From NCBI GenBank assembly GCA_965203315.1, contig OZ241857.1:128001-192000 (forward strand): a stretch of 64,000 nt of DNA, written 5' to 3'. Under the pieces are notes generated by a model that had not been told where the DNA came from, did no database searches, and saw only the letters and a list, made by a program, of their open reading frames with translations. The stretch is from Nitrosopumilus sp. (lineage in GTDB: Archaea; Thermoproteota; Nitrososphaeria; Nitrososphaerales; Nitrosopumilaceae). Positions 8,737-19,200 of the stretch are shown piece by piece (the first letter of the stretch is position 1; each line of letters opens with the position of its first letter). A program made the position numbers and the translations under genes.

Positions 8737-11700
8737 TTGAGTAAGCGTCATCTGATTTCTGTTCTAGTTTTGGTAGCAGTTGTACCACTCTTACTAGTTG
8801 ATCTAGATGATGCGTTTGGAGCGGTTATACCTCCACCTAACTATCCTCCTATACAGAGTTTAAATCATCCAGGAGGTTTACGTTCTGATATTCATTCTAG
8901 TGGAATCTCACTTGTCAAACATAGCAACAATAGCGCAACTATTAATCTCGAGACATCTTATGATCACTATAGAATTGACCCTGTCTATGCACCCTTGGGA
9001 GACATTACCATAGACAAGGGCACAATGATACTACCAAACCCTAAATTGACATCAATTGGATGTACAGTCCAGTTTGGAGTAAACGACGTTGGTGCCAATC
9101 CATCTAATAACATTCACGAGTATGCTAAACTACCTACCGATGTAGATAGACGCACTTATACCAATTTACCTGAAAGCGATGTTAAAGTAATAGGTGTAGA
9201 CTTTAAAGAATATACATCCAGCAGTTGTGACGTCTCTGCTCTTACCACTAAAAACTCTACCAACTCACCACTCCTCACAGACAAATCGTTGAGAGTTACG
9301 CTTTATGGTCAGGCTGGCAAAAAAGCGTTCTTTGCCTCACACTTTGAAAATATCACCACAGCTCAACTGATCCCAGAGTGTACTAGTGCAAACTTTGACA
9401 ACACTACCAAACAACTCAAAGGACAAACTCGCATGTGTCACGGTACATACGGCAATCATCTGATTATAATAACAACACAAATAGGAGAGTATGGCGCTAC
9501 TAGTACAATTCTTCCACCAGATACACTGCCTATACTTCCACCTAGTGGTTTTCCTACTACTCTTACTACAAGTGATGTTCCATACCTGACAACTAGTCTT
9601 AATATCGACACTGGAACACTTGGTACAAGTGCAAAGAGATATCAGATAGATGGTACCCAACCTGGTTCACCGGTCAAGGCAGGTGATATCCATATACAAG
9701 GTACGACAACGATACTCTCAAATCCGATACTCTTGAGTCTCTCAACAACATGTGCTTTTAATATCGTATCACTTCCTGCTCTAAGTACTGCTTTTCCAAC
9801 CAATGTACAACCAGCAGGTAATGCAACCAATCCGGCATCGATTGCATTTAGTGGACAATCTTCTTGTGCAAGCTTGTCTCCTACACATCCAATGATAACA
9901 GACAAAGAGATGCGAATTACTCTGACCAATAAAACAGGCAGTAAAGCTTGGTATGCATCACCTAGTGAGGGTATAACCGAAGCTCAGCCGATCCCAGCAT
10001 GTACCGATGATATGATACACAAGAATCAAACTCTCAAAGGCAGGACAAAGATGTGTTATGGTGTGTACAGTGATGATCTGATAATCATCACAAAGAGATT
10101 CTTTGGACAATATGGAGCTGCTGAGACCATTACACCACCACAGAATTCTGTGGATCTCGATTCAAGCTATGCAATCCCTCCAGGTACACTGTCCATACCA
10201 CCACCTAGTGGTTTTCCTACTTCCCTTACTACAAGTGAAGCTCCATACATGTCAGCTCAACTAGCTAGCGACAATGGAACAATTGGTGCTACCAGTGGCA
10301 AACGATATCAGATAGACGGTAATCAAAACGTACCGGTCAAGGCAGGTGATATCCATATACAAGGTACGACAACAATACTCTCAAATCCATTCTTTGTAGG
10401 AAAGGGTTACACATGTCCTTTTAATGTATTCTCACTCCCTACTGAACGCACTTTTCATGGAGGTGGTTTTGCTTATCCGACCAATGTACAACCAACAGGT
10501 AATGCAACCAATCCCGCCTCGATTACATTTCATGGAGACTCTTCTTGTGCAAACTGGTCTCCTACACATCCAATGATAACAGACAAAGAGATGCGAATCA
10601 CTCTAGACAATAAAACCGGCAGTAAAGCTTGGTATGCATCACCTCGTCAAAATATAACCGAAGCTCAGCCGATTCCTGCATGTACTGCCGATACCATAAA
10701 TGTCAGTACAGGTAAACTCAAGGGCAACACAAAGATGTGTTATGGTGTATATGACGGTGAACTGGTCATCGTAACCAAGAGATTCTTGGGATACTATGGA
10801 TCTGCGGATACGATCACAACTCCACAGAATCAGGTAGACCTTGATTCAGACAAACATATGCTTCTACCATCTGTACCTGTGGTCCCTCCGCCCACACCAG
10901 GTCAGACCCTAACGATAACCATACCTGTACCCAATGATGGTAACATTACTAATGCACCCCTCAGTCTCGACCACAATACACCTAACAAGATACGACTCTT
11001 CAATAATGAAGTTTCACCAGGACTTGGCACTAGGTATCATGGTTCGAGTATTTCAGGATCATTGGGCAACATTACAATCCATTACAACACAAACATTACC
11101 AGCCAAACGTTTACTGTACCCTCGAATCCTGAGAATTACTGTTATGTTGCCCATCCAAATGCGGGCAGATTCGCATCTATACCAAAGATAAGCTCCTACA
11201 CCGTTATACTATACCTAGATATCCAAAAATCTTCTGAACAACGTTGCGTTAATGTTCCTGATATATCATTTGACGGTAAATTAACACTAGACAAAGAGGT
11301 CTACATAAAACTGACTGGGACAGACGGCCAAAATATCTTTTATCATGTGAGTGGTACGGACACGCCAGTAGAGATACCAAAGTGTACCAGTACCAACTTT
11401 GATTCTAGCGACAATACACTAAAGGGCAATACAGAGGTATGTTATGGCAAAGACGGTACAGATACAGTCATCGTATCCAAGATACTTGCACGCTTTGGAG
11501 CAACAACCGAAGATATTCCAAAGTCTAGTACACCAGATCCAGGCAGCCAAGACCTATTGACCATACCGCCAAAGACCAACTCTACAGTTGACGGTGCAGT
11601 ACAATTTAACTCGGACAAATTTAATAGCGGCAAGATATTCTATAGCGGCTCCGATATGAGATTCCTAGACAAGCCAAACCCTACAGGTGATATCTATATA

Positions 11701-14607
11701 GAATCAAAAACTGAAACACTCCCGAACTCTCTATTTGTAATTACTGATGATTACGCATGTGATGCAACACTTGATCCTATTAAAAGTCTCAAGGAAAAAC
11801 AGGTTCCAAATTTTGTCAGACCAGACAATGTATCCCCTAAAAATAACAGACTATTTGGATTCGGTCTAGACTTTGAATCTCCATGTTCCACACCAAGTCC
11901 AGAAACTCCATCTAACCAAACCTTGTTCACCGACAAAGAGATGCGAGTCACTCTATACGGCAAGGCAGACAAAAAACCCTACTATTTCTCTCCACGTGAC
12001 GGCATACTGCAAGCTCAACCAATACCCGCATGTACCAGTGATATCATTCACACAAACAACAATACTTTACGAGGCGACAATACCATCTGTTATGGTAAAC
12101 ATGGTGATGATATGGTCATCATAACAAAACGACTGGCTGGATTTTATGGTGCAGCCAACAAAGTCACCACACCTACAAATCCGGTAAACCTCAATGCAGA
12201 TCCTCCATATCCATCTCCCAAGGTACCTCGTGAAACAGATCTCTTGCGATTGTCATCCCCTGCAAACTTTCCTGCACTGAATGCAGATGGCAGAACTTTA
12301 TCGGTGACATCTGATCCGACCACTTTTCCTGGCGCATACTTGGCAGGTAATGATCGTGAGCGATACACCGGTCATCAAAACACTAGAATAGGTGACATGC
12401 ATATAAAAAACGATACAAAGATACTCCGCAACGAGTTTCCAGAGACGAGTACATGTAGAGCTCAATTCAGAACCGTCAATGTTCTGATTGCCGATGACAA
12501 TTATGGAAATCTCACTCTTAAAGTACCTACCAATTTAATAGCAGACTCGGGTTCGTTTGGACCAAACTTTCTTGCTAGCGATACATGTAAAATAGATCTC
12601 ACCAAAAACTCTACCAAACCTCTCATAACCGACAAAGAGTTGTGGTTTACCCTATACAACAAGGTAAATGAACACCCATACTATTTCTCACCTCGTGAAA
12701 ACATAACAGATGCTCAGCCAATTCCTGCATGTACAACCGAGACACTTGACAAAAGCGACAATACTCTCAAGGGTGATACTATTATGTGCTTTGCTAAACA
12801 TACCAACGACAATGATATCATCATTATAACAAAACGGCTTAGTGGATTTTATGGAGCAGCTGCTCTGATACTCGAACCTACAACTCGTGCACCCATCAAT
12901 CCAGTTACGCCCAGCACACCAGTCCCACCCAGCACACCAGTCCCACCCAGCGGCACAGTTCCCGTTACTGTACCTGTTACTATTGAGACAGCTTTTCCAC
13001 TAGTTACTGACCCCAAGTCTCACACACGTATGGATATACCAATAAGATCACTGGGTGCAGATGTTGGTGGTCTCTTAACTGAGAACGGCACCTTTAGACA
13101 CGGATACTTGGATCTAGGTGATTCTGGCATCGAGTCGGGCTATACCGGACCCATACATGTTGGTTATGTTTACCTTCCACCAAACACAAAACTAGATCCA
13201 AATCCATCATTTGCAGCTGTTGGCAAGAACACTTTTGACGCAAATCTCTTACCTACCTATATTAAACAAACCTTGTTCACTGATTCCAACACGTTAGGTG
13301 TACCAGCATTTGGATTCTTTTACGAGCCGGGAGCCGATTATCTCAAATCTGATGACAAGGCTACAATGTTCAAACCGCACGAAACCAACTCTACTATACG
13401 TGTCGTACTGTACAACCAGACCGGCAAGGCTGGATTCTCTTACTATCCATTAGGACCAGCAAAGACGTTTACACCAGATTTCATGTCAAAATGTACTGCA
13501 TCTAACTTTGACTTTACCACTCTATTACTAAAAGGCGACACCAAAGACTGCTATTACGACAACAATCGTGACATGATCATATTTACAAAGATACTAGAGT
13601 GGTATGGTGCTGCAGATGACCCCAGTAAATCTATGAATAAAACGACTAAATCGGATAAAAGCGATACTTTTCTGTCCCTTGCACCAACATTTGGCAGATC
13701 ACAGTTTACGGGTGAACAGTTGGTAACCTGTGGCTATAAGATGGACGACACTTGCCGTGATGTTACTGCATATCACGTCCAGTACGAACGAGACACAATC
13801 CAGACAAACACGACGCACACATTTGCTCTCAAAGCACACGCGCCAAATCTGTTAAACAATGTAATGCTGGCATTCAGTGTACCTACAGTTGGTGCTCCAC
13901 TGAGTGCAGCAGAAGCACACATTTCTGTAAATCTTGGTATAAACTATAGCGAACCGTCATACCACTATATCACAGATGTTACTATACATGACCCAAACAA
14001 TATCATCGACTATGATATACAAGGTACAACAGTATCCAAGGTATCTTGTTCTGGCGGTACACTAGAGTGTATCCAAGTAATCCTCCCAGATGTACTATTC
14101 CGTGATGTAATGAATCACGAACCATTTGCTATACAAGTAACAGACACGTTATCACTAAACGCAATAAACTACATGAACGAAGGCGTCTTTGTTAAAGGTC
14201 CATCACTAAATGCACCACCAACTGTACGACCAGGACTAACACTATCTAGTGACGATGGTAGACCGATAAACTTGGTACTGGTCCGTACAGACAAGGTCTC
14301 TGATCTGTGGGCTGATGCATTTGGAAACACGTGGAGCCGCAACTCGTTTGGCAACTTTGTCATTGTACAATATGCACCATACGCAGGTACCACTCCAGTG
14401 TGTACAGACATCAACGACAGAATCTGTCCACCATTCAAGGTCAAACTCGACTGGCACAACCAAAAGATGATAGAACTACGTGACTCGCTATACAATGCAT
14501 ACAAGACAGAACCATACGCCGAGATCGACAACATATTCACATACGAGTTTGGTGACATGGACTCTCGCACGAGAACACTGATCAATCTGGGCTGGCTGAC
14601 CGAGTAG
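8737..14607 (+). CDS. Giant secreted or surface protein (1956 aa) with seven ~200-aa Cys-containing repeats and Pro/Thr linkers
   Basis: Hydrophobic signal-peptide-like N-terminus. The motif TDKEMRITL..K...Y.SP...I..AQPIPACT...LKG.T.MCYG...IITK...YGAA recurs seven times. A distinct ~300-aa C-terminal domain follows. Confidence 0.9.
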   Translation: MSKRHLISVLVLVAVVPLLLVDLDDAFGAVIPPPNYPPIQSLNHPGGLRSDIHSSGISLVKHSNNSATINLETSYDHYRIDPVYAPLGDITIDKGTMILPNPKLTSIGCTVQFGVNDVGANPSNNIHEYAKLPTDVDRRTYTNLPESDVKVIGVDFKEYTSSSCDVSALTTKNSTNSPLLTDKSLRVTLYGQAGKKAFFASHFENITTAQLIPECTSANFDNTTKQLKGQTRMCHGTYGNHLIIITTQIGEYGATSTILPPDTLPILPPSGFPTTLTTSDVPYLTTSLNIDTGTLGTSAKRYQIDGTQPGSPVKAGDIHIQGTTTILSNPILLSLSTTCAFNIVSLPALSTAFPTNVQPAGNATNPASIAFSGQSSCASLSPTHPMITDKEMRITLTNKTGSKAWYASPSEGITEAQPIPACTDDMIHKNQTLKGRTKMCYGVYSDDLIIITKRFFGQYGAAETITPPQNSVDLDSSYAIPPGTLSIPPPSGFPTSLTTSEAPYMSAQLASDNGTIGATSGKRYQIDGNQNVPVKAGDIHIQGTTTILSNPFFVGKGYTCPFNVFSLPTERTFHGGGFAYPTNVQPTGNATNPASITFHGDSSCANWSPTHPMITDKEMRITLDNKTGSKAWYASPRQNITEAQPIPACTADTINVSTGKLKGNTKMCYGVYDGELVIVTKRFLGYYGSADTITTPQNQVDLDSDKHMLLPSVPVVPPPTPGQTLTITIPVPNDGNITNAPLSLDHNTPNKIRLFNNEVSPGLGTRYHGSSISGSLGNITIHYNTNITSQTFTVPSNPENYCYVAHPNAGRFASIPKISSYTVILYLDIQKSSEQRCVNVPDISFDGKLTLDKEVYIKLTGTDGQNIFYHVSGTDTPVEIPKCTSTNFDSSDNTLKGNTEVCYGKDGTDTVIVSKILARFGATTEDIPKSSTPDPGSQDLLTIPPKTNSTVDGAVQFNSDKFNSGKIFYSGSDMRFLDKPNPTGDIYIESKTETLPNSLFVITDDYACDATLDPIKSLKEKQVPNFVRPDNVSPKNNRLFGFGLDFESPCSTPSPETPSNQTLFTDKEMRVTLYGKADKKPYYFSPRDGILQAQPIPACTSDIIHTNNNTLRGDNTICYGKHGDDMVIITKRLAGFYGAANKVTTPTNPVNLNADPPYPSPKVPRETDLLRLSSPANFPALNADGRTLSVTSDPTTFPGAYLAGNDRERYTGHQNTRIGDMHIKNDTKILRNEFPETSTCRAQFRTVNVLIADDNYGNLTLKVPTNLIADSGSFGPNFLASDTCKIDLTKNSTKPLITDKELWFTLYNKVNEHPYYFSPRENITDAQPIPACTTETLDKSDNTLKGDTIMCFAKHTNDNDIIIITKRLSGFYGAAALILEPTTRAPINPVTPSTPVPPSTPVPPSGTVPVTVPVTIETAFPLVTDPKSHTRMDIPIRSLGADVGGLLTENGTFRHGYLDLGDSGIESGYTGPIHVGYVYLPPNTKLDPNPSFAAVGKNTFDANLLPTYIKQTLFTDSNTLGVPAFGFFYEPGADYLKSDDKATMFKPHETNSTIRVVLYNQTGKAGFSYYPLGPAKTFTPDFMSKCTASNFDFTTLLLKGDTKDCYYDNNRDMIIFTKILEWYGAADDPSKSMNKTTKSDKSDTFLSLAPTFGRSQFTGEQLVTCGYKMDDTCRDVTAYHVQYERDTIQTNTTHTFALKAHAPNLLNNVMLAFSVPTVGAPLSAAEAHISVNLGINYSEPSYHYITDVTIHDPNNIIDYDIQGTTVSKVSCSGGTLECIQVILPDVLFRDVMNHEPFAIQVTDTLSLNAINYMNEGVFVKGPSLNAPPTVRPGLTLSSDDGRPINLVLVRTDKVSDLWADAFGNTWSRNSFGNFVIVQYAPYAGTTPVCTDINDRICPPFKVKLDWHNQKMIELRDSLYNAYKTEPYAEIDNIFTYEFGDMDSRTRTLINLGWLTE

Positions 14608-14813
14608 GTCAATGTTCTATCTTTGTAAACATAATAAATTTCCTAGTGTCTAGTATCACAATTTGGTGTTATCTATTCTGCTAGATGTAAATTCCATCTC
14701 TGACCTCACACATGCAATAGTAAACAAGAAACAATTCTGTCAAATTGCATACTGGGCGTTTCTTGAAATAACTATATCTTAATCTTAACCTCCAGATAAG
14801 TTAAAACCAGGTA

Positions 14814-15089
14814 TTGGATAACTTTGACATACACATGGATCCAAGACTTTATGAAAAGATGATTGAAAAGATTCAGCATACGATTTTAAATCAAGACGAG
14901 ATCAATAGACTGGCAAAACTATTTGGTGGAGACACAAACTCTGTCGTTCTTGGAATAATTGTGGGGCGATTGTATAATTCATTCTATTATCAATCAAAAC
15001 GAATCTTGAAACGTGAACCAACATCTGACGAGTTTGAAGCGTTTTTAGACTTTGTACGGTCTCAATGCGATCAATTTGATCTAAGGTGA
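14814..15089 (+). CDS. Small hypothetical protein
   Basis: Compact ORF (GRLYNSFYYQSKRILKREPT) with protein-like composition; converges on rpl10e. Confidence 0.7.
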   Translation: MDNFDIHMDPRLYEKMIEKIQHTILNQDEINRLAKLFGGDTNSVVLGIIVGRLYNSFYYQSKRILKREPTSDEFEAFLDFVRSQCDQFDLR

Positions 15090-15590
15090 TGGTTTGTTCC
15101 ATGGTACGACTTTGATTGTGGGCGTGCCTGGAATCTTTACACATGCTGATCTTAGTGCCTTCTTTGCAGCACCTAGGTGGTCTTTACCATTTACATACAA
15201 CTCCATTATACATTGTCCCTGTGTAACTCGTGCTCCAAGACTCACTGCTTTGCCCCACGATCTGCGCATTCCTTCTGAGATTCTGTCTGCTCCTGCAGTA
15301 GCTATCTGTTTGTTCTCTCTTAATAGAATGTGGGGATATATGCGTAATCGTGAATAGTATCCAGTCTCGCCTGTAGTCTTTTCAAGTGTCTTGTTTGCTG
15401 CTAGCCTAGTAGATTCTATAGCCATGTGTCGAATCTGTATCTTTTCGTTAACACATAATTGAACACAATACTCGTATGTGTCACGTTTACCACCTTGGTG
15501 TTTTGCAATCTTTGAGTTTGGCTTGCCTTTGATATACTCTTTTCTGGTAAATGCTTGACCTTTACCACTTCGATAGTTGGCTCCATGCAT
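15081..15590 (-). CDS. rpl10e: 50S ribosomal protein L10e (L16 family)
   Basis: RIYPHILLRENK...AGADRISEGMRRSWGK. Confidence 0.97.
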   Translation of the reverse strand: MHGANYRSGKGQAFTRKEYIKGKPNSKIAKHQGGKRDTYEYCVQLCVNEKIQIRHMAIESTRLAANKTLEKTTGETGYYSRLRIYPHILLRENKQIATAGADRISEGMRRSWGKAVSLGARVTQGQCIMELYVNGKDHLGAAKKALRSACVKIPGTPTIKVVPWNKPSP

Positions 15591-15947
15591 GATATCATCT
15601 AGCCACTCATACCCATATTTTAACGATTAGAATAATCCTGTTTGCATGTAGCAACCAAATAGCTCGCATTAATGTGATGTGAAACTCTTATGATTTATCG
15701 ATATGTGCTGATCCTTGGTAGACAATGTTGTGTCTGATATCTCTTGAGACATATGTGTTTCTGGTTGTACCGTTGCATTACTATCTAGTCGATCTATTCG
15801 ACTCGGTAATAAAATAGCCATTATAAAACTAAATTTGCATATTTGCATAAAAACACTCGTGGCATTTGACATGTTGTGTCTTGTCGTCTACACGAGGTGA
15901 GTTCCAATATCTAATCCTTATATGGAAATCATTATCTGCCGTTGTTG

Positions 15948-16495
15948 TGGATGACACAATATTTCAGGGACAAATGATCTCAAAACAGGCTTGTATACGC
16001 GACAGCACTATGATCAACGAACTAGACTCCAAGGGTTTTGGTGAGATCGATGGAGAGAGATTACTTTTAGCACAGTTTGAGACACTGTATCTACTTTATA
16101 CAAAACGACTTGTTCTTACAAAAGGAGAGAAAAGTATAGACTTTGGCACTTTTATGAGTATGTGCAAAAAGATCGATTCAGACATACTTACAAAGTTTCT
16201 AGTATATAGAGATCTTCGTAACCGCGGTTATGTTGTAAAGGACGGCTTTGGCTTTGGATCTGACTTTAGAGTATATGAGCGTGGCCAATTTAGTCAAAAG
16301 GCTGCCAAGTTTTTGGTCTTTGGACTCAACGAGGGACAGCAAGAGAATGTTGGCAAACTGCAAAAAAAGATCGATCAAATAACTCAAATGGGAAAAGAGC
16401 CGATAATCGCTGTTATCGAGAGACGTGGCGAGATCATATACTACAAGATCAACCATATCAAATTTACAGTAAATGATCTACAAGATATAGACTGA
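15948..16495 (+). CDS. endA: tRNA-splicing endonuclease subunit
   Basis: FLVYRDLRNRGYVVKDGFGFGSDFRVYERG. Start uncertain; GTG at 15948 chosen. Confidence 0.88.
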
Positions 16496-16906
16496 CTGTT
16501 GAGTTAACCCGTTTTACCATGCACCAAGTAAATGCACCTGACTATCTAAATCTGAGATAAAGATACCTTGAGAACTAGCAAGAGTACCATGATCAATCAG
16601 ACAGCAAGTTGGATACATCACATCTTGATTCAACATCACAAGTATCCTGTATCGTAGATCAGCACATAAATCTCGACAACAAGAAATTTGTAACAACACT
16701 GTGTGATGTTACTCTTAATCTCTTTACGTTCTTGAACTTTTAGAATGGATCAACAACGAGACAGAACTATACATGTGTCTAATGGTAATACACCACTACA
16801 CTTTACATCACATCGAGGTATGACTATATGTCTACCTCTACGTTCTTTACATGTCATAAATGGCAAGAGTGTTAAAAGACGAGTTGTTGTCTCTTTTCCA
16901 AGACAT

Positions 16907-17048
16907 TAGACTGTGTGCGTATTATTAAGAGTGCCCATGTCCAATCATCAAACACGATAACATGAATCAATTTGCCTCTAGAAATCACACTTGTGTTTTA
17001 TTGTACCTTAAAACGTGAGTATTGTGTAAGAAATACGCATACAGTCTA
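16907..17048 (+). mobile_element. MITE family A copy 1 (~142 bp)
   Basis: TIR TAGACTGT(A/G)TGCGTATT ... AATACGCATACAGTCTA. Internal sequence is shared with 38317-38456 and 47734-47876. Confidence 0.85.
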
Positions 17049-17196
17049 TTGCAGATGTACAAAACACTAGACAACATATGCCGTGTGCGATCATTCAACG
17101 ACACCTCATCACACTCAAACTACAAGATTGTTATCTGAATGACCGGTTACCCTTCACTATGTGGAATATATATGCCATGTATGTTGCATTTAACAC

Positions 17197-17535
17197 ATGT
17201 CCGAACCTCTAGACATTAATGTGAGTCACAGTCCAAATTTTAAAGAAATTCATGTCACGGGACAGGTTTCAAATTTAGGCTATGACGGATTAAAATTAAC
17301 AGTACTACATGACACTCACGATCTCCAGCACGCGTTGCAGGAAGATCCTATCAAAATATCTAAAACAACAATCAATCGAGAGATCGAGTGTACGTTAAAC
17401 TTGACACCAATAAATCTCAAAGCTTGGGCAATCCTATTTCAACAAGAGCTAGAGAGATACGAAAAACTATTTGGTACTATACTATCACCTGAAGAGATAG
17501 GTGAGAGATTCAAAAATTTTAGACTAGGACACTAG
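17197..17535 (+). CDS. Hypothetical protein (possibly DUF3467-like)
   Basis: Clean 112-aa ORF with an ATG start; the family assignment is only a resemblance. Confidence 0.65.
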   Translation: MSEPLDINVSHSPNFKEIHVTGQVSNLGYDGLKLTVLHDTHDLQHALQEDPIKISKTTINREIECTLNLTPINLKAWAILFQQELERYEKLFGTILSPEEIGERFKNFRLGH

Positions 17536-17688
17536 TTTTGTATTGCGACTTTCACAACTTGGAGATTCGAGTTACTGTCTGTGAATGCCATGTAGTGTGA
17601 GACTAGATAATATAGTATTCAAACGTGTAATGAGTAATTGCGACATCTCTGATACGAGAATATTAACACGATTTTTGTTCACAAATCA

Positions 17689-18366
17689 CTAATAACCTAG
17701 TACCCAACCTGCCGAGTATTTTAAGAGTCCATTCTTCTCGGCATACACAAAGTCATACACGTCTACATACTTTGTCTTATCTTTCCACAACTCTTCAAAG
17801 TCTCTGATCTTTCGCTCAACTCTAGATCTATCGTTCCATGACGTAAACACATCGACTGACTCAAAGTCTTTCGGATGCGCGGATAATGACTCTCCTGACG
17901 TTCCAGTAAACGCAACAATGTTGTCTAGTTCATCTCTGAATATCCCAATCCTCTCTGAGAATGAGTTGACTATCTCATCAGAGTTTGGTATGGCAATCTT
18001 TAACTCTATCTGCCCATTATCTACAAACTCTTGTAGTTTTTGGATCTTTACATTGTGAATATGATCTCCGTTGAATTTGGTATGTTTTGCTGAGAACAGC
18101 TTGGCCAACAGATCTAGATCTGATGTCTTGAACTTGTATCCGGTTATCATCTTTAGTTTTGCTTTCCCTTCTACAAAGTTGTTAAATGTCATTGCTATCA
18201 AGACTAGTGTTTGAATTGATAAAAAATCCACACATCTGTTATATTCTGTACAGTTACTCAAACAAGGTAAGAAAAACTCTGCAAATATATCATCGCTATC
18301 TGATCTATACTCTTCTTTCAGTTTGATGTTTTGGAGACTCATATCTGATATTATACCTGTCGTCAT
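17689..18366 (-). CDS. Stand-alone PLD-like domain protein (N-terminal domain type of Res-like helicases), catalytic motif degenerate
   Basis: YRSDSDDIFAEFFLPCL...IELKIAIP...FSERIGIFRD...VAFTGTSGES...FESVDVFTSW. Confidence 0.75.
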   Translation of the reverse strand: MTTGIISDMSLQNIKLKEEYRSDSDDIFAEFFLPCLSNCTEYNRCVDFLSIQTLVLIAMTFNNFVEGKAKLKMITGYKFKTSDLDLLAKLFSAKHTKFNGDHIHNVKIQKLQEFVDNGQIELKIAIPNSDEIVNSFSERIGIFRDELDNIVAFTGTSGESLSAHPKDFESVDVFTSWNDRSRVERKIRDFEELWKDKTKYVDVYDFVYAEKNGLLKYSAGWVLGY

Positions 18367-18432
18367 TTAAAACGATAAGCAAATCATACATTTGATGCTA
18401 GAATATCACAATGTGAAATATCCGTACAAATA

Positions 18433-19200
18433 TCATGCTTTGAAGAATAACTCTAATGCTCTACCAAACATCTTGTTCAACTCGCCTAGTCGCGACTCTT
18501 TGACGACAAGTCTATCTGGATCGAACCATCGCTCATCTAGATATAGACTTCTACTCATCTCGACTTGGATCCATGGAATCGGATCGTTTCCATATGTTTT
18601 GGTAATGTATCCTCCATGGAATGGGTCATTTGTAGAGACATCTCTTCTATCGATACGGAAAGATTCAGACATGCAGTCAGCTAGATCATTCATCATCTCG
18701 TTCGGAGCAGACTTGCCATCTGCATTTGACAAGCATAATGTCGGTCTCTTTGTGTCGATTTTATCGGGAGCGATATTGGGTGCAAAAGCAGCCATGGTGT
18801 GACAGTCTAGACACAACCGCAGATCCAATTCCTTGGTACTATTCTGGATTCTCTGGTGATATGGATAATAATAGACACTAGTCAGTATCTTGCAGAGGTT
18901 GTCATCAGGTTCTTGTCCGTCTCGATATATCTGTATATTGTATGCAGTCTTGCTCTTGATCAAACCATCGGGATTTGTGGGTGGCATATCTTGAGGAGAG
19001 CGGTTTAGATCAACAAACGTACGTGGAATATCTGCATATATTACACGTTGTACTTTATCTCCTGTATTGTATATCTCGTTTGCAAATGGGTCCGAGTCAT
19101 CAAAGAGATCTCTATCTGTGATACATGTTCTACCATCTAACTCGGGAGGTCGTTCCCTGCCCCCGTGTGGTATCGATAACAGTACTGGTAGTCTAGTCAT
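18433..19200 (-). CDS. N-formylglutamate amidohydrolase family protein
   Basis: LSIPHGG, DSDPF, FVDLNR, YYYPYH, LDCHTM, NDPFHGGYIT and IQVEMSRSLY. Confidence 0.92.
   Translation of the reverse strand: MTRLPVLLSIPHGGRERPPELDGRTCITDRDLFDDSDPFANEIYNTGDKVQRVIYADIPRTFVDLNRSPQDMPPTNPDGLIKSKTAYNIQIYRDGQEPDDNLCKILTSVYYYPYHQRIQNSTKELDLRLCLDCHTMAAFAPNIAPDKIDTKRPTLCLSNADGKSAPNEMMNDLADCMSESFRIDRRDVSTNDPFHGGYITKTYGNDPIPWIQVEMSRSLYLDERWFDPDRLVVKESRLGELNKMFGRALELFFKA

Noticed and set aside
9535-10850. Diversity-generating retroelement template/variable repeat pair
   Set aside because: Both copies are coding, the differences include indels and are not adenine-specific, and no reverse transcriptase is present in the window.
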